Assembly: GCA_963718085.1 (NCBI GenBank)
Contig: CAVQYA010000001.1
Span: 708,811-772,810 of the forward strand
Direction: 5' to 3'
Length of the DNA: 64,000 nucleotides
Source of the DNA: an uncultured Chloroflexia bacterium
GTDB taxonomy: Bacteria > Chloroflexota > Limnocylindria > Limnocylindrales > CSP1-4
Below are positions 47,845 to 58,129 of this stretch, in pieces. Position 1 is the first letter of the stretch. Each line of letters begins with the position of its first letter. Below the pieces are notes generated by a model. The model saw only the letters and a program-made list of their open reading frames with translations, did no database searches and was not told the DNA's origin. Both the position numbers and the translations under genes were made by a program.

Positions 47845-48956
47845 CAGGCCGTCCCCTCCGCGTGCGGCTCTGCGTACACGTGGCGCAGGAGCGTCGCCGG
47901 GTCGGGATCGGACGCCGCCTCGGCGAACGCCGTGGCGTCGTCGACCGCGGCGGCGACCTCGGCGGCGACGGCGGCCTCGCTCGCCTCGTCGAGCAGACCG
48001 GCCGCCCGCAGCTCGTCGCGGAAGCGAGGCAGCGGGTCCTGCACCCGCTCGGCGGCGAGCTCCTCCGCGGAGCGGTACCTGGTCTGCTGATCGTCGGAGC
48101 TGTGCCCGGTGAGACGCATCACCTTGGCCTCGATGAAGGTGGGGCCGTCGCCGGCGAGCGCCCGGGCGACCGCGTCGCGCGCCGCCAGGTAGCAGCCGAT
48201 GACGTCGCTCCCGTCCACCACGACACCGGGCATCGAGTAGCCGGCGGCGCGGACGGCCAGGTCGCGCACGGCGGTCTCGAGCTCCGCCGGCACCGAGATC
48301 GCGTAGCCGTTGTTCTCCACGAGGAGGATCATCGGCAGGCGGTGAATGCCAGCGAAGTTGAGGGCCTCGTGGACGTCGCCCTGGTTCGCGGAGCCCTCGC
48401 CCATCGCCACGAGGGCGACTTCCTGGAGGCGGCGCAGCTTCGCCGCCAGGGCGATCCCCGCCGCGTGGAGGACCTGGGTGGCCACCGGCGACGACGAGGT
48501 GAAGATCCGGTGGCCGGCGTGCCCGTAGTGGCTGGGCATCTGGCGCCCGCCCGAACCCGGGTCGTCCGCCTTACCGAACTGGTGGAGGAAGACCTCGCGA
48601 GGCGTCATCCCCATCGCCATGACGCCGGTCATCGAGCGGTAGTACGGGAGGAGCCAGTCGCGCCCCGGGGTGAGCGCCGCGGTGACCCCCGCCTCCGCCC
48701 CCTCGTGGCCCTGGCCCGAGATCACGAAGTGGACGCGGCCGGAGCGGTTGAGGATCCAGGCCCGCTCGTCGAGCGCCCGCGCCAGGGCCATGAGGCGGTA
48801 GAGCCCGACGAGGCGGTCGCACGGCAGCCCGGACCGGGCGACGGGATCCTGGGCGCCCGGGGGTCCGGTGGTGGTCACCGCGGGATCGTACAGGCCGGCC
48901 GCGGCCGCCGGGAAACGCCCTCTGGGGGCGACCCCGGACCCGCTTCGCGTCGCCAA
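47844..48956 (-). CDS. 2-oxo acid dehydrogenase E1 component alpha subunit (TPP-binding)
   Basis: TPP motif GEGSANQGDVHEALNFAG...LVENNGYAIS. Stop overlaps the E1beta start. Confidence 0.85.
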   Translation of the reverse strand: MATRSGSGVAPRGRFPAAAAGLYDPAVTTTGPPGAQDPVARSGLPCDRLVGLYRLMALARALDERAWILNRSGRVHFVISGQGHEGAEAGVTAALTPGRDWLLPYYRSMTGVMAMGMTPREVFLHQFGKADDPGSGGRQMPSHYGHAGHRIFTSSSPVATQVLHAAGIALAAKLRRLQEVALVAMGEGSANQGDVHEALNFAGIHRLPMILLVENNGYAISVPAELETAVRDLAVRAAGYSMPGVVVDGSDVIGCYLAARDAVARALAGDGPTFIEAKVMRLTGHSSDDQQTRYRSAEELAAERVQDPLPRFRDELRAAGLLDEASEAAVAAEVAAAVDDATAFAEAASDPDPATLLRHVYAEPHAEGTA

Positions 48957-49056
48957 CCGCCGGGCCTGAGCGGACCGCCGCAGCCCGGCCGCCCCGCGCT
49001 TCGTCCGCCGCTCCCCCGCCGGCCGCGCCCCGCCGCGCCCCGCTGGGCGCCCGTCC

Positions 49057-50502
49057 TCAGAAGTTGATCGCCCGCCCGTCGACGGCCATGGCCGCCTCGC
49101 CCAGGATCTCCGAGAGCGTCGGGTGCGGGTGCGTCGCCGCCCCGATCTCCCAGGCCGCCGCCTCGAGCGAGAACCCGAGCGACGCCTCGGCGATCAGGTC
49201 CGTGGCGTGCGGGCCGACGAGGTGCACGCCGAGCGTCGCGCCGCTCTCGGCGTGGGCGATCACCTTGGCGAAGCCCTCGTGCTCGCCCCCGATGAGCGCC
49301 TTCGCGATCGCCTGGAACGGGACCTTGCCGACCTTCACCGGCAGGCCCCGCTTCTCGCACTCCTGCTCCGTCAGGCCGATCGAGGCGATCTCGGGCCGGC
49401 AGTAGGTCGCCCGCGGCTGGGCGTCGTAGTCCATCGCGTGGACGTCCGGATCGCCGACGATCGTGTGGACCGCCGTCAGCCCCTCGTGGGCCGCCGTGTG
49501 GGCGAGCCAGAGCCCGCCGACGATGTCGCCGATCGCCCAGACGTGCGGCTCGGCCGTCCGCATGTGGCCGTCGACCGGGATGATCCCGCGCTCGACGGCG
49601 ATCCGCGTAGTCTCGAGGCCGATCCCCTCCACGTTCGCCGCGCGGCCGGTCGCGACGAGGATGGAATCGGCGAGGATATCGTTCGCCTCCCCGCCTTCCG
49701 GGCCGACCGTGAGCCGGATGCCGTCCTCGCCGACCTTGAGCGAGGCGGGGTCGAAGCGGGCGTTCGTCATGACCTCGATGCCGCGGCGCCGGAAGCTCTT
49801 CTCGACCTCCTTGCTCACGTCGCGGTCCTCCAGCGGCACGATCGCCGGGAGATACTCGAGCAGCGTCACCTTCACCCCGAAGTCCTGGAACATGGACGCG
49901 AACTCGGAGCCGACGGCACCCGCGCCCACGATGACGATGCTCGCGGGGAGGTCCGCCATCTTCAGCACGTCGTCGGAGGTGAGCACGCGGACCCCGTCGG
50001 GCGTGATCCCCGGCAGGCTCTTGACACGGCTCCCCGTGGCCACGACCACGTCCGTTGCCTCCAGCACCCGCTCGCCGCCGGTGCCGGGTGTCCCGTCCTC
50101 GCCGTGGAGGGCAACCCGCACCCTGCCCGCACCGTCGAGGCGGCCGCGCCCGGCGATCCACTCGACGCCGTTCTTGCCGACCAGGCTCTTGAGGCCGGTC
50201 CACATCCGGCGGACCACCTGGTCGCGACGGGCTGCCACTGCCGCGTAGTCGAGCGCCACCTCGCCCGCCACCAGCACGCCCATCTCGCGGCTCTTCGCCG
50301 TGACGCGGTGATAGAAGTCGGCCGACTCGAGGAGCGCCTTGGTCGGGATGCAGCCACGGTGGAGGCAGGTCCCGCCGATCTTGTCCTCGTCGACGAGGGC
50401 CACCTTCAGGCCGAGCTGCGCACCGCGGAAGGCGGCCGCGTAGCCGCCGGTCCCGGCGCCGAGGACGACGAGGTCGAACGAGTTGGACGAGCCGACGGCC
50501 AT
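49057..50502 (-). CDS. lpdA: dihydrolipoyl dehydrogenase (E3)
   Basis: GAGTGG FAD motif, redox-active CLHRGCIPTK, C-terminal HPHPTLSE. 481 aa from internal Met MAVGSS. Confidence 0.9.
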   Translation of the reverse strand: MAVGSSNSFDLVVLGAGTGGYAAAFRGAQLGLKVALVDEDKIGGTCLHRGCIPTKALLESADFYHRVTAKSREMGVLVAGEVALDYAAVAARRDQVVRRMWTGLKSLVGKNGVEWIAGRGRLDGAGRVRVALHGEDGTPGTGGERVLEATDVVVATGSRVKSLPGITPDGVRVLTSDDVLKMADLPASIVIVGAGAVGSEFASMFQDFGVKVTLLEYLPAIVPLEDRDVSKEVEKSFRRRGIEVMTNARFDPASLKVGEDGIRLTVGPEGGEANDILADSILVATGRAANVEGIGLETTRIAVERGIIPVDGHMRTAEPHVWAIGDIVGGLWLAHTAAHEGLTAVHTIVGDPDVHAMDYDAQPRATYCRPEIASIGLTEQECEKRGLPVKVGKVPFQAIAKALIGGEHEGFAKVIAHAESGATLGVHLVGPHATDLIAEASLGFSLEAAAWEIGAATHPHPTLSEILGEAAMAVDGRAINF

Positions 50503-50720
50503 GGGATGCTCTCTCCACCGGGTGCGGGGCTGGGCGCGGGCGGCGCTGCAGGTCGGGCCCATGGTACCGCTCGCGCGCCGCGAGGCCCGTTCGCGGCACC
50601 GCGACGCCCGTTGACCGCGCCGCGAAGCCGCCCGCTGCGACGCCGCGCGGCCCGCGGCCGATCGCGCCAGAATGCGCGCAGTGTCCAGTTGAGCCGCCGC
50701 CACCGGCAAGGGGGAGCCGC

Positions 50721-52887
50721 ATGATCGCCGCCCGGAGCCACGGAGCCCGTCGCCTGCGCGTGGTCGCCGCGACGCTCGCCGTCCTCGCCCTGGCCCTCCT
50801 GCCGGCACGTCTCGCCGCGCCGGACCGCGTGGCAGCCGCCGGGCCAGTCAACCTCCGGGGCCAGCTGACCGACGACGTCGGCGCCCTCTCCGCTTCGGGC
50901 AAGAGCACGGTGACCGCCGCCCTCGCGACGCTTCTCGACCGATCCGGGGTCCAGCTCTGGGTCTGGTTCACCGACACCACCGGGGGGATGACCGCGCCGG
51001 ACTTCGCGGCCGCGACGGCGGAGAAGAGCTCGTTTGGCGGCACCGACCTCCTGCTCGTGCTGGCGATGACCGACCGCTCCTACGGCTACTCGCGCCCCGA
51101 CGGCTTCGCCCTCTCCGATGCGGAACTGGAGCAGCTCCTGTCCAACGAGATGGAGCCGGGCCTCCGGGCCGGCGACAACGCGGGCGCGATCGTGACGCTG
51201 GCGCAGTCCCTCGGCGACGCCCTCTCCGGCCCGGCACCCACCGGGGCGCCGGCACCCACCGCGGCCCCCGTCGCAACCGCGGTTCCCCTGCCCGGCGAGC
51301 CGCCAAGCCAGGGCAGCGGCGGGTCCGGCCTCGGCACCGGGCTCATGGTCGTCGTCGTCGTGGTGGTCGCCGCGCTCGTCGAGCTGGTTCTTCCTGGTCC
51401 GGCGCCGCTACGGCGGGGCCGTCGGCATCCCCGACGGCAGGCAGGGATCGACGGGCGCGCCCGTCGATCCGCTGGCCGCGATGAGCGACAAGGACCTGAA
51501 CGCCGAGGCAAACCGCCAGCTCCTCGCCACCGACGACGCCGTCCGGGACAGCGAGCAGGAGCTCGGGTTCGCCGAGGCCCAGTTCGGCGAGACCGAGGCG
51601 GCGACCTTCCGCGAGGCGATCGCCGCAGCGAAGGAGGACCTGCGGGCCGCCTTCGCGGTCCGCCAGCAGCTCGACGACGCGACGCCCGAGGACCGGCCCA
51701 CCCGGCGGCGGATGCTCACCGACCTGGTGGGCCGCTGCCGGAAGGCCCAGGCGCGCCTCGACGCCGAGACGGAGCGCTTCGAGGCGCTGCGGGCCTTCGA
51801 GCGCGAGGCGCCCGGTGTCCTCGCCGCGCTTCCCGCGACGATCGACGCCGTCGAGGCCCGCATCTCGACGGTCGAGACCACGATGACCCACCTGGAGGAG
51901 TACGCCGACGCCTCCTGGCAGGCCGTCGCCGACCAATCTCGACGAGGCGCGCGCCCGGATCGCGGCGGCCCGCGCCGCGGTGACCCAGGGGGAGGCGGCC
52001 ACCGCAGCTTCGGACGGGCCGAAGACCGCCGCGGCTACCCGCGTCGGACAGGAGGCCGTCGCCCAGGCCGGGGCGTTCCTCGACGCCATCGAGCACCTTT
52101 CCGCCGAGCTCGACCAGGCCCACGACCGGGTGACCACGGAGATCGCCGACGCCGAGGCGGACGTCGCCCGGGCCCGGGGAGCGTCCGGGACGGCTCCCGC
52201 CGACCCGGAGATACCGGCCCGGCTCACGGAGGCGGAGGCGCTCCTGGCCGACGCCCGGCGCGACATCGGCCACCCCAAGCCGGACGTCGCGGCAGCCTAC
52301 GAGAAGGCCCGCCGGGCGAACGAGATCGCCGACGGCGTGCTGGCCGGGATCCGGACCGCCGCCGAGCAGCGCGCCGCGCTGGCGTCACGGCTGGAGACCT
52401 CGATCCGGGGAGCGCAGGCGACCGTGACCCGCGCCACCGACTACGTGACCAACCACCGCGGCGGTGTCGGGGGCGAGGCCCGCACTCGCGTCGCCGAGGC
52501 GGCGCGCCACCTGGACGCGGCGGTCGCGTCGGGCGCGGCCGACCCGGCGGCCGGGATAGCCGAGGCGGAGACGGCGGCCCGCCTCGCCAACGAGGCGCTC
52601 GCCCTGGCCCAGCGCGACTACGGCGGCTGGGACGACCCGTGGCGCGGCGGTCGGGCGTGGCCCGGGCGGCGGAGGCAGCCCCGGTGGCGGAGGCGGCGAG
52701 GTCGCCGCCCGTCATCGGCGGCCTGATCGGGGCGATGCTGAGCGGCGGAGGTCGCGGCGGGGGCGGCGGCGGGCACGGCTCCGGCGGTCGCGGTGGCTGG
52801 GGTGGTGGCGGCGGGCGCAGCTCCGGGGGCGGCGGCTTCGGCGGGGGCGGAGGCGGCGGGCGCAGCTCCGGGGGCGGCCGCTGGTGA
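50721..52887 (+). CDS. TPM-domain (TLP18.3/Psb32/MOLO-1) membrane protein with long coiled-coil region and Gly-rich C-terminal tail; reading frame interrupted about three times
   Basis: Signal peptide + TPM domain + TM in frame 0. The post-TM segment FFLVRRRY... and coiled coil are in frame +1 (ORF 51481..). The coiled coil continues in frame +2 (ORF 51980..). The Gly-rich terminus GGGGFGGGGGGGRSSGGGRW ends at 52887. Each frame degenerates to Arg-rich junk after its junction. Confidence 0.55.
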
Positions 52888-53004
52888 GCCCCGGAGTACG
52901 ATGAGCACCGACGGCGCGGCCTCCGGGCCCGCCGACCGGCGCGAACGATCCACCCGATGCGGCGTCGAGATCCGGCGTCGCGAGAGAACGGAGGGGAACC
53001 TCGA

Positions 53005-53718
53005 ATGGCGCAGACCTCGATCCTCGGTCGCATGGGCCAGCTGGTCCGGGCGAACATCAACGCGATCCTCGACTCTGCCGAGGATCCCGAGAAGATGCTC
53101 AACCAGATGGTCCTCGACTACACGAACAACATCCGCGAGGCGGAGGAGGCCGTCGCCCAGACGATCGGCAACCTGCGCCTCCTCGAGGACGACTCCAGGG
53201 AGGGCAAGGAGGCCGCCGGCGAGTGGGGCGGCAAGGCCCTCGCCGCGTCGCGCCGGGCCGACGAGTTCCGGGCCGCCGGCAACGCGGCCGACGCCGACAG
53301 GTTCGACAGCCTGGCCAAGATCGCCCTCAAGCGCCAGATGACGTTCGAGGAGCAGACGAGGACCTTCGACGAGCAGATCGCGACCCAGGCCGTCCTCGTC
53401 GACAAGCTCAAGGACGGCCTCAACGGGATGCGCGCCAAGCGCGAGGAGCTGGTCCAGAAGAAGGACGAGCTGATCGCGCGCTCGAAGATGGCCCGCGCCC
53501 AGTCCAAGGTCACCGAGACGCTGAAGAGCGTCAACGTGATGGACCCGACGTCGGAGTTCTCACGTTTCGAGGAGAAGGTCCGCCAGGAGGAGGCGCAGGC
53601 GAAGGGGATGGCCGAGGTCGCCTCGAGCTCTCTCGACGCCCAGTTCGCGGGCCTCGACGACGCTTCCGAAGACCTCGAGGTCGACGCGCGCCTGGCCGCG
53701 CTCAAGGGCGGCGCGTAA
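53005..53718 (+). CDS. pspA: PspA/IM30 (Vipp1) family protein
   Basis: N-terminal ILGRMGQLVRANINAILDSAEDPEKMLNQMV matches the PspA consensus. Coiled-coil throughout. Confidence 0.85.
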   Translation: MAQTSILGRMGQLVRANINAILDSAEDPEKMLNQMVLDYTNNIREAEEAVAQTIGNLRLLEDDSREGKEAAGEWGGKALAASRRADEFRAAGNAADADRFDSLAKIALKRQMTFEEQTRTFDEQIATQAVLVDKLKDGLNGMRAKREELVQKKDELIARSKMARAQSKVTETLKSVNVMDPTSEFSRFEEKVRQEEAQAKGMAEVASSSLDAQFAGLDDASEDLEVDARLAALKGGA

Positions 53719-53758
53719 CCCCCGGCGCCGCGACGGCGCCACCGCAGCCAAGCAGGAC

Positions 53759-53793
53759 GGCCCGGGCGGCAACGCCCGGGCCCTTCCGATTCC
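53759..53793. terminator. hairpin GGCCCGGGCG-GCAA-CGCCCGGGCC followed by CTTCCGATTCC, between convergent pspA and the YjeF-N gene
   Basis: 10-bp perfect inverted repeat read directly from the sequence. Confidence 0.5.
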
Positions 53794-53912
53794 GGGATAC
53801 CGCCTCGACCTGCCAGGTGGGCGCGGGGCGCGGGGCGCGGGGCCGGAGGTGCGCCCGGACCGCGGTGATCAGCAGCTTCCGCCGGCCGGGCGAGCGCCCG
53901 TCCGGGTGAACG

Positions 53913-54593
53913 TCAGCCGCGGTCGGCCCCGGGCGGGATGCCGATCGGGGCGACGAGTACGCGCCCGGCGACCGCCGCGCCCCGCCTAGTCAGGAGGCCG
54001 GCCTTCGGCCGGTGGAACGTCACCGTGACGTCGGCCCGGACGACCGGGTCGGAGGGCTCGCCCGAGGTGAGGTCGACGGCGGTCGGGCAATCGACCGCGA
54101 GGACCGGCACGCCGGCGGCACGGGCACGGTTGACGAGGTCCACGGCGGATCGCACCGGCTCGCGGAGGAGGCCTCGGACGCCCGTCCCGAGCAGGGCGTC
54201 TATGACGATGGCGGCGCGCTCGACGCCGTGGCCGAGGACGGCCACGTCGCGGGCCACGGGGACGTGCACCCGCTCGACGAGCGGCAGGCGCCCCAGGCGG
54301 TCCCAGTTGCGGGCCGCGTCGGACGTGCTCGGGCGGGTGCCGGTGGCGACGAGGGCCACGGCCACCCGGGCGCCCTGGGCGGCCAGGCGTCGGGCGGCGA
54401 CGAAACCATCGCCCCCATTGTTGCCGGCGCCGCACAGGACGAGGATCGGCCCGCTCTCCCAGCGTTCGCTGCCGACCGCAAGGGCTCGGGCGACGGCCGC
54501 CACGGCGCAGCCCGCATGCTCCATGAGCCTGATCCCCGGCATCCCGAAGCGTTGGGCCCGCGCGTCGGCACCGGTCATCTCCGCCGCCGTCAT
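53913..54593 (-). CDS. NAD(P)H-hydrate epimerase (YjeF N-terminal domain)
   Basis: LVLCGAGNNGGDGFVAARRL motif. Start at internal Met MTAAEM. Confidence 0.75.
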   Translation of the reverse strand: MTAAEMTGADARAQRFGMPGIRLMEHAGCAVAAVARALAVGSERWESGPILVLCGAGNNGGDGFVAARRLAAQGARVAVALVATGTRPSTSDAARNWDRLGRLPLVERVHVPVARDVAVLGHGVERAAIVIDALLGTGVRGLLREPVRSAVDLVNRARAAGVPVLAVDCPTAVDLTSGEPSDPVVRADVTVTFHRPKAGLLTRRGAAVAGRVLVAPIGIPPGADRG

Positions 54594-54703
54594 CGGGGCC
54601 CCCGCGATCGCGTCGGCCCAGCGCTCCACCAGCCCGTCGAGGTCGAGCTCGAAGAGCGTCGGGTCGTCGGCCGGGAGCGGGGGGCGCCCCGCCGACTGCG
54701 GCA

Positions 54704-55045
54704 CTACTGGCCGGGGATGATCAGGACGGTCCCCACCGGCATCGACTTCGGGTCGACGTCGGGATTGGCAGCCTTCAGGTCGGCCAGGCTGATCCCGAAG
54801 TCCTGGGCGATCTGCCACATCGTGTCGCCCTTCTTGACCGTGTAGCGCTTGCCCGACACCGGCGTGGCGGTGGGCTCGTCCGTGGGGGCGGTCGTCGCGC
54901 TCGTCGTCGGCGCCTCCGTGGGCACGTAGAGGTCAGTCGGGGCCGGGGTCGCAGCCTCGGTGGGGGCAGGAGTGGGCGTCGCCCCGCCGCCACAGGCGGC
55001 GACGAGACCGAGGACGACCAGCAGGGTCGCGAGCCGTCGGCGCAT
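54704..55045 (-). CDS. LysM-domain lipoprotein
   Basis: Signal peptide MRRRLATLLVVLGLVAACGG (lipobox), Thr/Pro/Ala linker, C-terminal LysM (YTVKKGDTMWQIAQDFGISLADLKAANP). Confidence 0.75.
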   Translation of the reverse strand: MRRRLATLLVVLGLVAACGGGATPTPAPTEAATPAPTDLYVPTEAPTTSATTAPTDEPTATPVSGKRYTVKKGDTMWQIAQDFGISLADLKAANPDVDPKSMPVGTVLIIPGQ

Positions 55046-55064
55046 CTGCACTCCTCCTCTGCGG

Positions 55065-55970
55065 TCACCTATGCCGGCGGGGCGGTCCCCGCCCGCCGGC
55101 AATCCCGGCGCCTGTGTGCAGCCTACGACGAACGGATCGTCGCTGCCGTGACCTTTCGACTTGCCGACCTCCCGCCGCGCAGGCGGCTCCGTGACGATCA
55201 CTCAGCCGTCCACGCCGAGAAGGCGTGGCAGCGTCGTTCCCGCCGGCCCCGCGACGACAGTGGTCGAACGCGCCCGCGTTGTCGGCGCGATCGAGGTTCG
55301 CCAGCCATGTGCTCGCCCCGCGGAGCCGGGCAATCTGCACGTACCCGGCGGCGGGGTAGACGTTTCCCGACGTCCCGACGGCGAGGAAGACCAGTGGGGC
55401 GCCGGCGGCCGCGCGCATGAAGCGGTCGACCTCGTGCGTGGTGGCCGGGTCCAGCATCTCGCCGAACCAGACGATGTCAGGGCGCAGGAGCGAGCCGCAC
55501 GCGCAGCGCGGGAGGGGCGGCCCCACGGGGAAGGCCGCGTCGGCGACCGGCGGGCGCAGGCAGCGGCTGCATTTGGTACGCCACAGGGTCCCGTGCAGCT
55601 CCACCACCCGCCGGCTGCCGGCCCGGGCGTGCAGCCCGTCGACGTTCTGGGTCGCCAGGAGGAAGCGGTCGCCGAGCCGCGCCTCGAGGGTCGCCAGCGC
55701 CCGGTGGGCGTCGTTCGGCTCGGCCGCGGCCGCGTCCCGGCGCCGCATCGAGTAGAAGCGCCAGACCAGCTCCGGGTTGGCATCGAACCCTTCCGGCGAG
55801 GCCACCTGCTCGACGGGGTGGCCGTCCCACAGGCCGCCGGCGCCGCGGAACGTGGCCAGGCCGCTCTCCGCGGAGATCCCCGCGCCGGTGAGGACCAGGA
55901 CGCGGGTGCGCTCGTCGATGGGGATCCGGGCGTCCGGCACGGGGATCCGGGCGTCCGGCACCTCGCTCAC
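55065..55970 (-). CDS. cobB: NAD-dependent protein deacylase (Sir2/CobB family); Arg-rich C-terminal ~55 aa look non-native
   Basis: GAGISAESG, Zn ribbon CSRC...CACG, catalytic His region. N-terminal in-frame 21-bp tandem duplication (PDARIPV/PDARIPI). Confidence 0.75.
   Translation of the reverse strand: MSEVPDARIPVPDARIPIDERTRVLVLTGAGISAESGLATFRGAGGLWDGHPVEQVASPEGFDANPELVWRFYSMRRRDAAAAEPNDAHRALATLEARLGDRFLLATQNVDGLHARAGSRRVVELHGTLWRTKCSRCLRPPVADAAFPVGPPLPRCACGSLLRPDIVWFGEMLDPATTHEVDRFMRAAAGAPLVFLAVGTSGNVYPAAGYVQIARLRGASTWLANLDRADNAGAFDHCRRGAGGNDAATPSRRGRLSDRHGAACAAGGRQVERSRQRRSVRRRLHTGAGIAGGRGPPRRHR
55921..55962. repeat. 21-bp tandem duplication x2 (GGGATCCGGGCGTCCGGCAC) within the 5-prime end of cobB, in frame
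   Basis: Read directly from the sequence. Confidence 0.8.
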
Positions 55971-56026
55971 GCCTGCGGATCCCCTCTCCCGGACTGCCCG
56001 CCGGCCGCCCCGCCAACCCCGCGGCG

Positions 56027-57481
56027 TCAGACGGCCGTGTTGATCATCACGTTCTTGACGACCGTGTAGTCCTCGAGGGCGTACATCGAGCCGTCCTTGC
56101 CCCAGCCGGACTCCTTGACGCCGCCGTGGGGCGTCTCGGACGTCAGCGTGAAGTGCTCGTTGATCCAGACCGTCCCGAAGTCGAGCGCCTTGGCGACTCG
56201 CATGGCGCGCCCGATGCTCCCGGTGAAGAGCGACGACGACAGGCCGAACTTGACGTCGTTCGCCCAGCGCACGGCCTCCTCGTCGTCCGTGAAGCGCTGG
56301 ACGGTCACGACGGGCCCGAAGACCTCGTCCTGGATGATCTCGGAGCGCTGGTCGGGGCCCGCGATGAGGGTCGGCTCGAAGTAGGCGCCGGCCCGGGCCG
56401 GCCGCTGCCCGCCGACGACGAGCTGGACGCCCGGTGCCTCGAGGGCCCGGCCGACCATCCCCTCCACCTTGTCGGCGTGGACCCCGGCGATGAGCGAGCC
56501 CATGTCGATCTCGCCGCCATCGCCCGGGTCGCCCCAGGCGATGGAGCGGACCTGGTCGGCCAGCTTGCCGACGAGGGCGTCGTAGACCTTCGGACCGGCG
56601 ATGACGCGACAGGCCGCGGTGCAGTCCTGGCCCGCGTTCCAGTAGCCGGCCGACTTGATCGTCTCGGCCGCGAGATCAAGGTCGGCGTCGTCGAAGACGA
56701 TGACCGGCGCCTTGCCGCCGAGCTCCAGGTGGAGCCGCTTCACGCCGTCCGCGGCGAGTCGGGCGATCCGCTTGCCGGTCACCGTGTCGCCGGTGATCGA
56801 GATCATCCGCACCTTCGGGTGCGTGACCAGGAAGTCGCCCATGTCGGCGCCGCTGCCGGCGAGGACGTTGAGGACGCCCGGCGGCAGGAACTCGGCGGCG
56901 ATCCTGGCGAAGGTGAGGGCGGTGAGCGGCGTCCGGATGGACGGCTTCAGGATCACCGTGTTGCCGGTGGCGAGGGCCGGCCCGAGCTTCCAGGCGGCCA
57001 TGTACATCGGGTAGTTCCAGGGCGCTATCGAGGCGACCACGCCCACCGGGTCGCGGCGGAAGAGGGACGTGTGGCCGGCCAGGTACTCGGCGACGGCCTT
57101 TCCCTCCATCTGCCGACAGGCACCGGCGAAGAAGCGGAAGAGGTCGACCGAGACGGTCATCTCGTCGATGGCGGCGCCAACCGGCTTGCCGGCATTGAGG
57201 CTCTCGAGGCGGCCGAGCTCGTCGGCGCGCGCCTCGAGGGCGTCTGCGATCCTGAGCAGGAGGAGGCTGCGCTCCTGCGGGGTCGTGTTGCGCCAGCTCT
57301 CGAAGGCGGTGGCGGCAGCCTCGGCGGCGCGGTCGACGTCCTCCCTGTCGCTGGCGGGGACGCGGGCGATCAGCTCGTCGCGGGCAGGGTTCAGGACGTC
57401 GAGCGTCCTGCCGCTGGCGCTGTCGACGAACTCGCCGCCGATGAACTGCTGGTAGGTCTCGACCTGGCCGGTGACGGTCAT
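56027..57481 (-). CDS. NAD(P)-dependent aldehyde dehydrogenase
   Basis: ELGGKAP, catalytic Cys (GQDCTA), 484 aa from internal Met MTVTGQ. Confidence 0.85.
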   Translation of the reverse strand: MTVTGQVETYQQFIGGEFVDSASGRTLDVLNPARDELIARVPASDREDVDRAAEAAATAFESWRNTTPQERSLLLLRIADALEARADELGRLESLNAGKPVGAAIDEMTVSVDLFRFFAGACRQMEGKAVAEYLAGHTSLFRRDPVGVVASIAPWNYPMYMAAWKLGPALATGNTVILKPSIRTPLTALTFARIAAEFLPPGVLNVLAGSGADMGDFLVTHPKVRMISITGDTVTGKRIARLAADGVKRLHLELGGKAPVIVFDDADLDLAAETIKSAGYWNAGQDCTAACRVIAGPKVYDALVGKLADQVRSIAWGDPGDGGEIDMGSLIAGVHADKVEGMVGRALEAPGVQLVVGGQRPARAGAYFEPTLIAGPDQRSEIIQDEVFGPVVTVQRFTDDEEAVRWANDVKFGLSSSLFTGSIGRAMRVAKALDFGTVWINEHFTLTSETPHGGVKESGWGKDGSMYALEDYTVVKNVMINTAV

Positions 57482-57686
57482 TGGGGGCTCCTCGGGAGGG
57501 GACGGTTGCCGCTGGATCGACGTCGGGTCTGGCGGGCATTGTGCGCCGCGACGTCGGCGCCGGGAACCCTTGGCGCGCCGGGCGCGACCGGCTGCGAGGC
57601 GGCACTCGCGGCCCTTGCCCGGTGCGTACAATCGGGACGTCCCGGCCGCGGGGGCGCCGGCGCCGTGCAGTGGAGGGAGGCCGCCC

Positions 57687-58091
57687 GTGGCAAACCAGTT
57701 CGTCGTCCAGTTCCCGAACGTGCCGGGCTCGCTCGCCGAGCTGTCCGAGCGCCTGGCCGAGGCCGGCGTCGACCTGCGGGCGATCGGCGGCGGCGGCATC
57801 GGCGACCGCGGTCACGTGATCTTCAAGACCGCCGACGACGACGCGACGCGCCTCATCCTCGAGCGCGGCGGCTACGAGTTCTTCGAAGGCGAATCGCTCC
57901 TCGTAGAGGTCGACGACCGGCCGGGCGGGATGGCCCGCGTCACCCGCCGCCTGGCCGACGCCGGCGTCAACATCTACGGCCACCTGTTCATCGGGCGCTG
58001 GGGGGATCAGGCCCAGTTCAGCTTCGTCGTGAGCGACATCGACGCGGCCCGGAAGGCGCTCGAGGGTCTCAGCTCGATCCACGCCGGCTGA
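57687..58091 (+). CDS. ACT-domain protein (two tandem ACT-like segments)
   Basis: GTG start with GGAGGGAGG RBS. Two beta-alpha-beta-beta-alpha-beta-like segments (VQFPNVPGSLAELSERLAEAGVDL / VEVDDRPGGMARVTRRLADAGVNI). Confidence 0.55.
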   Translation: MANQFVVQFPNVPGSLAELSERLAEAGVDLRAIGGGGIGDRGHVIFKTADDDATRLILERGGYEFFEGESLLVEVDDRPGGMARVTRRLADAGVNIYGHLFIGRWGDQAQFSFVVSDIDAARKALEGLSSIHAG

Positions 58092-58129
58092 CCGGATCCA
58101 CTGGGGCTGATTGGGGGTCGGGGGGTCAG

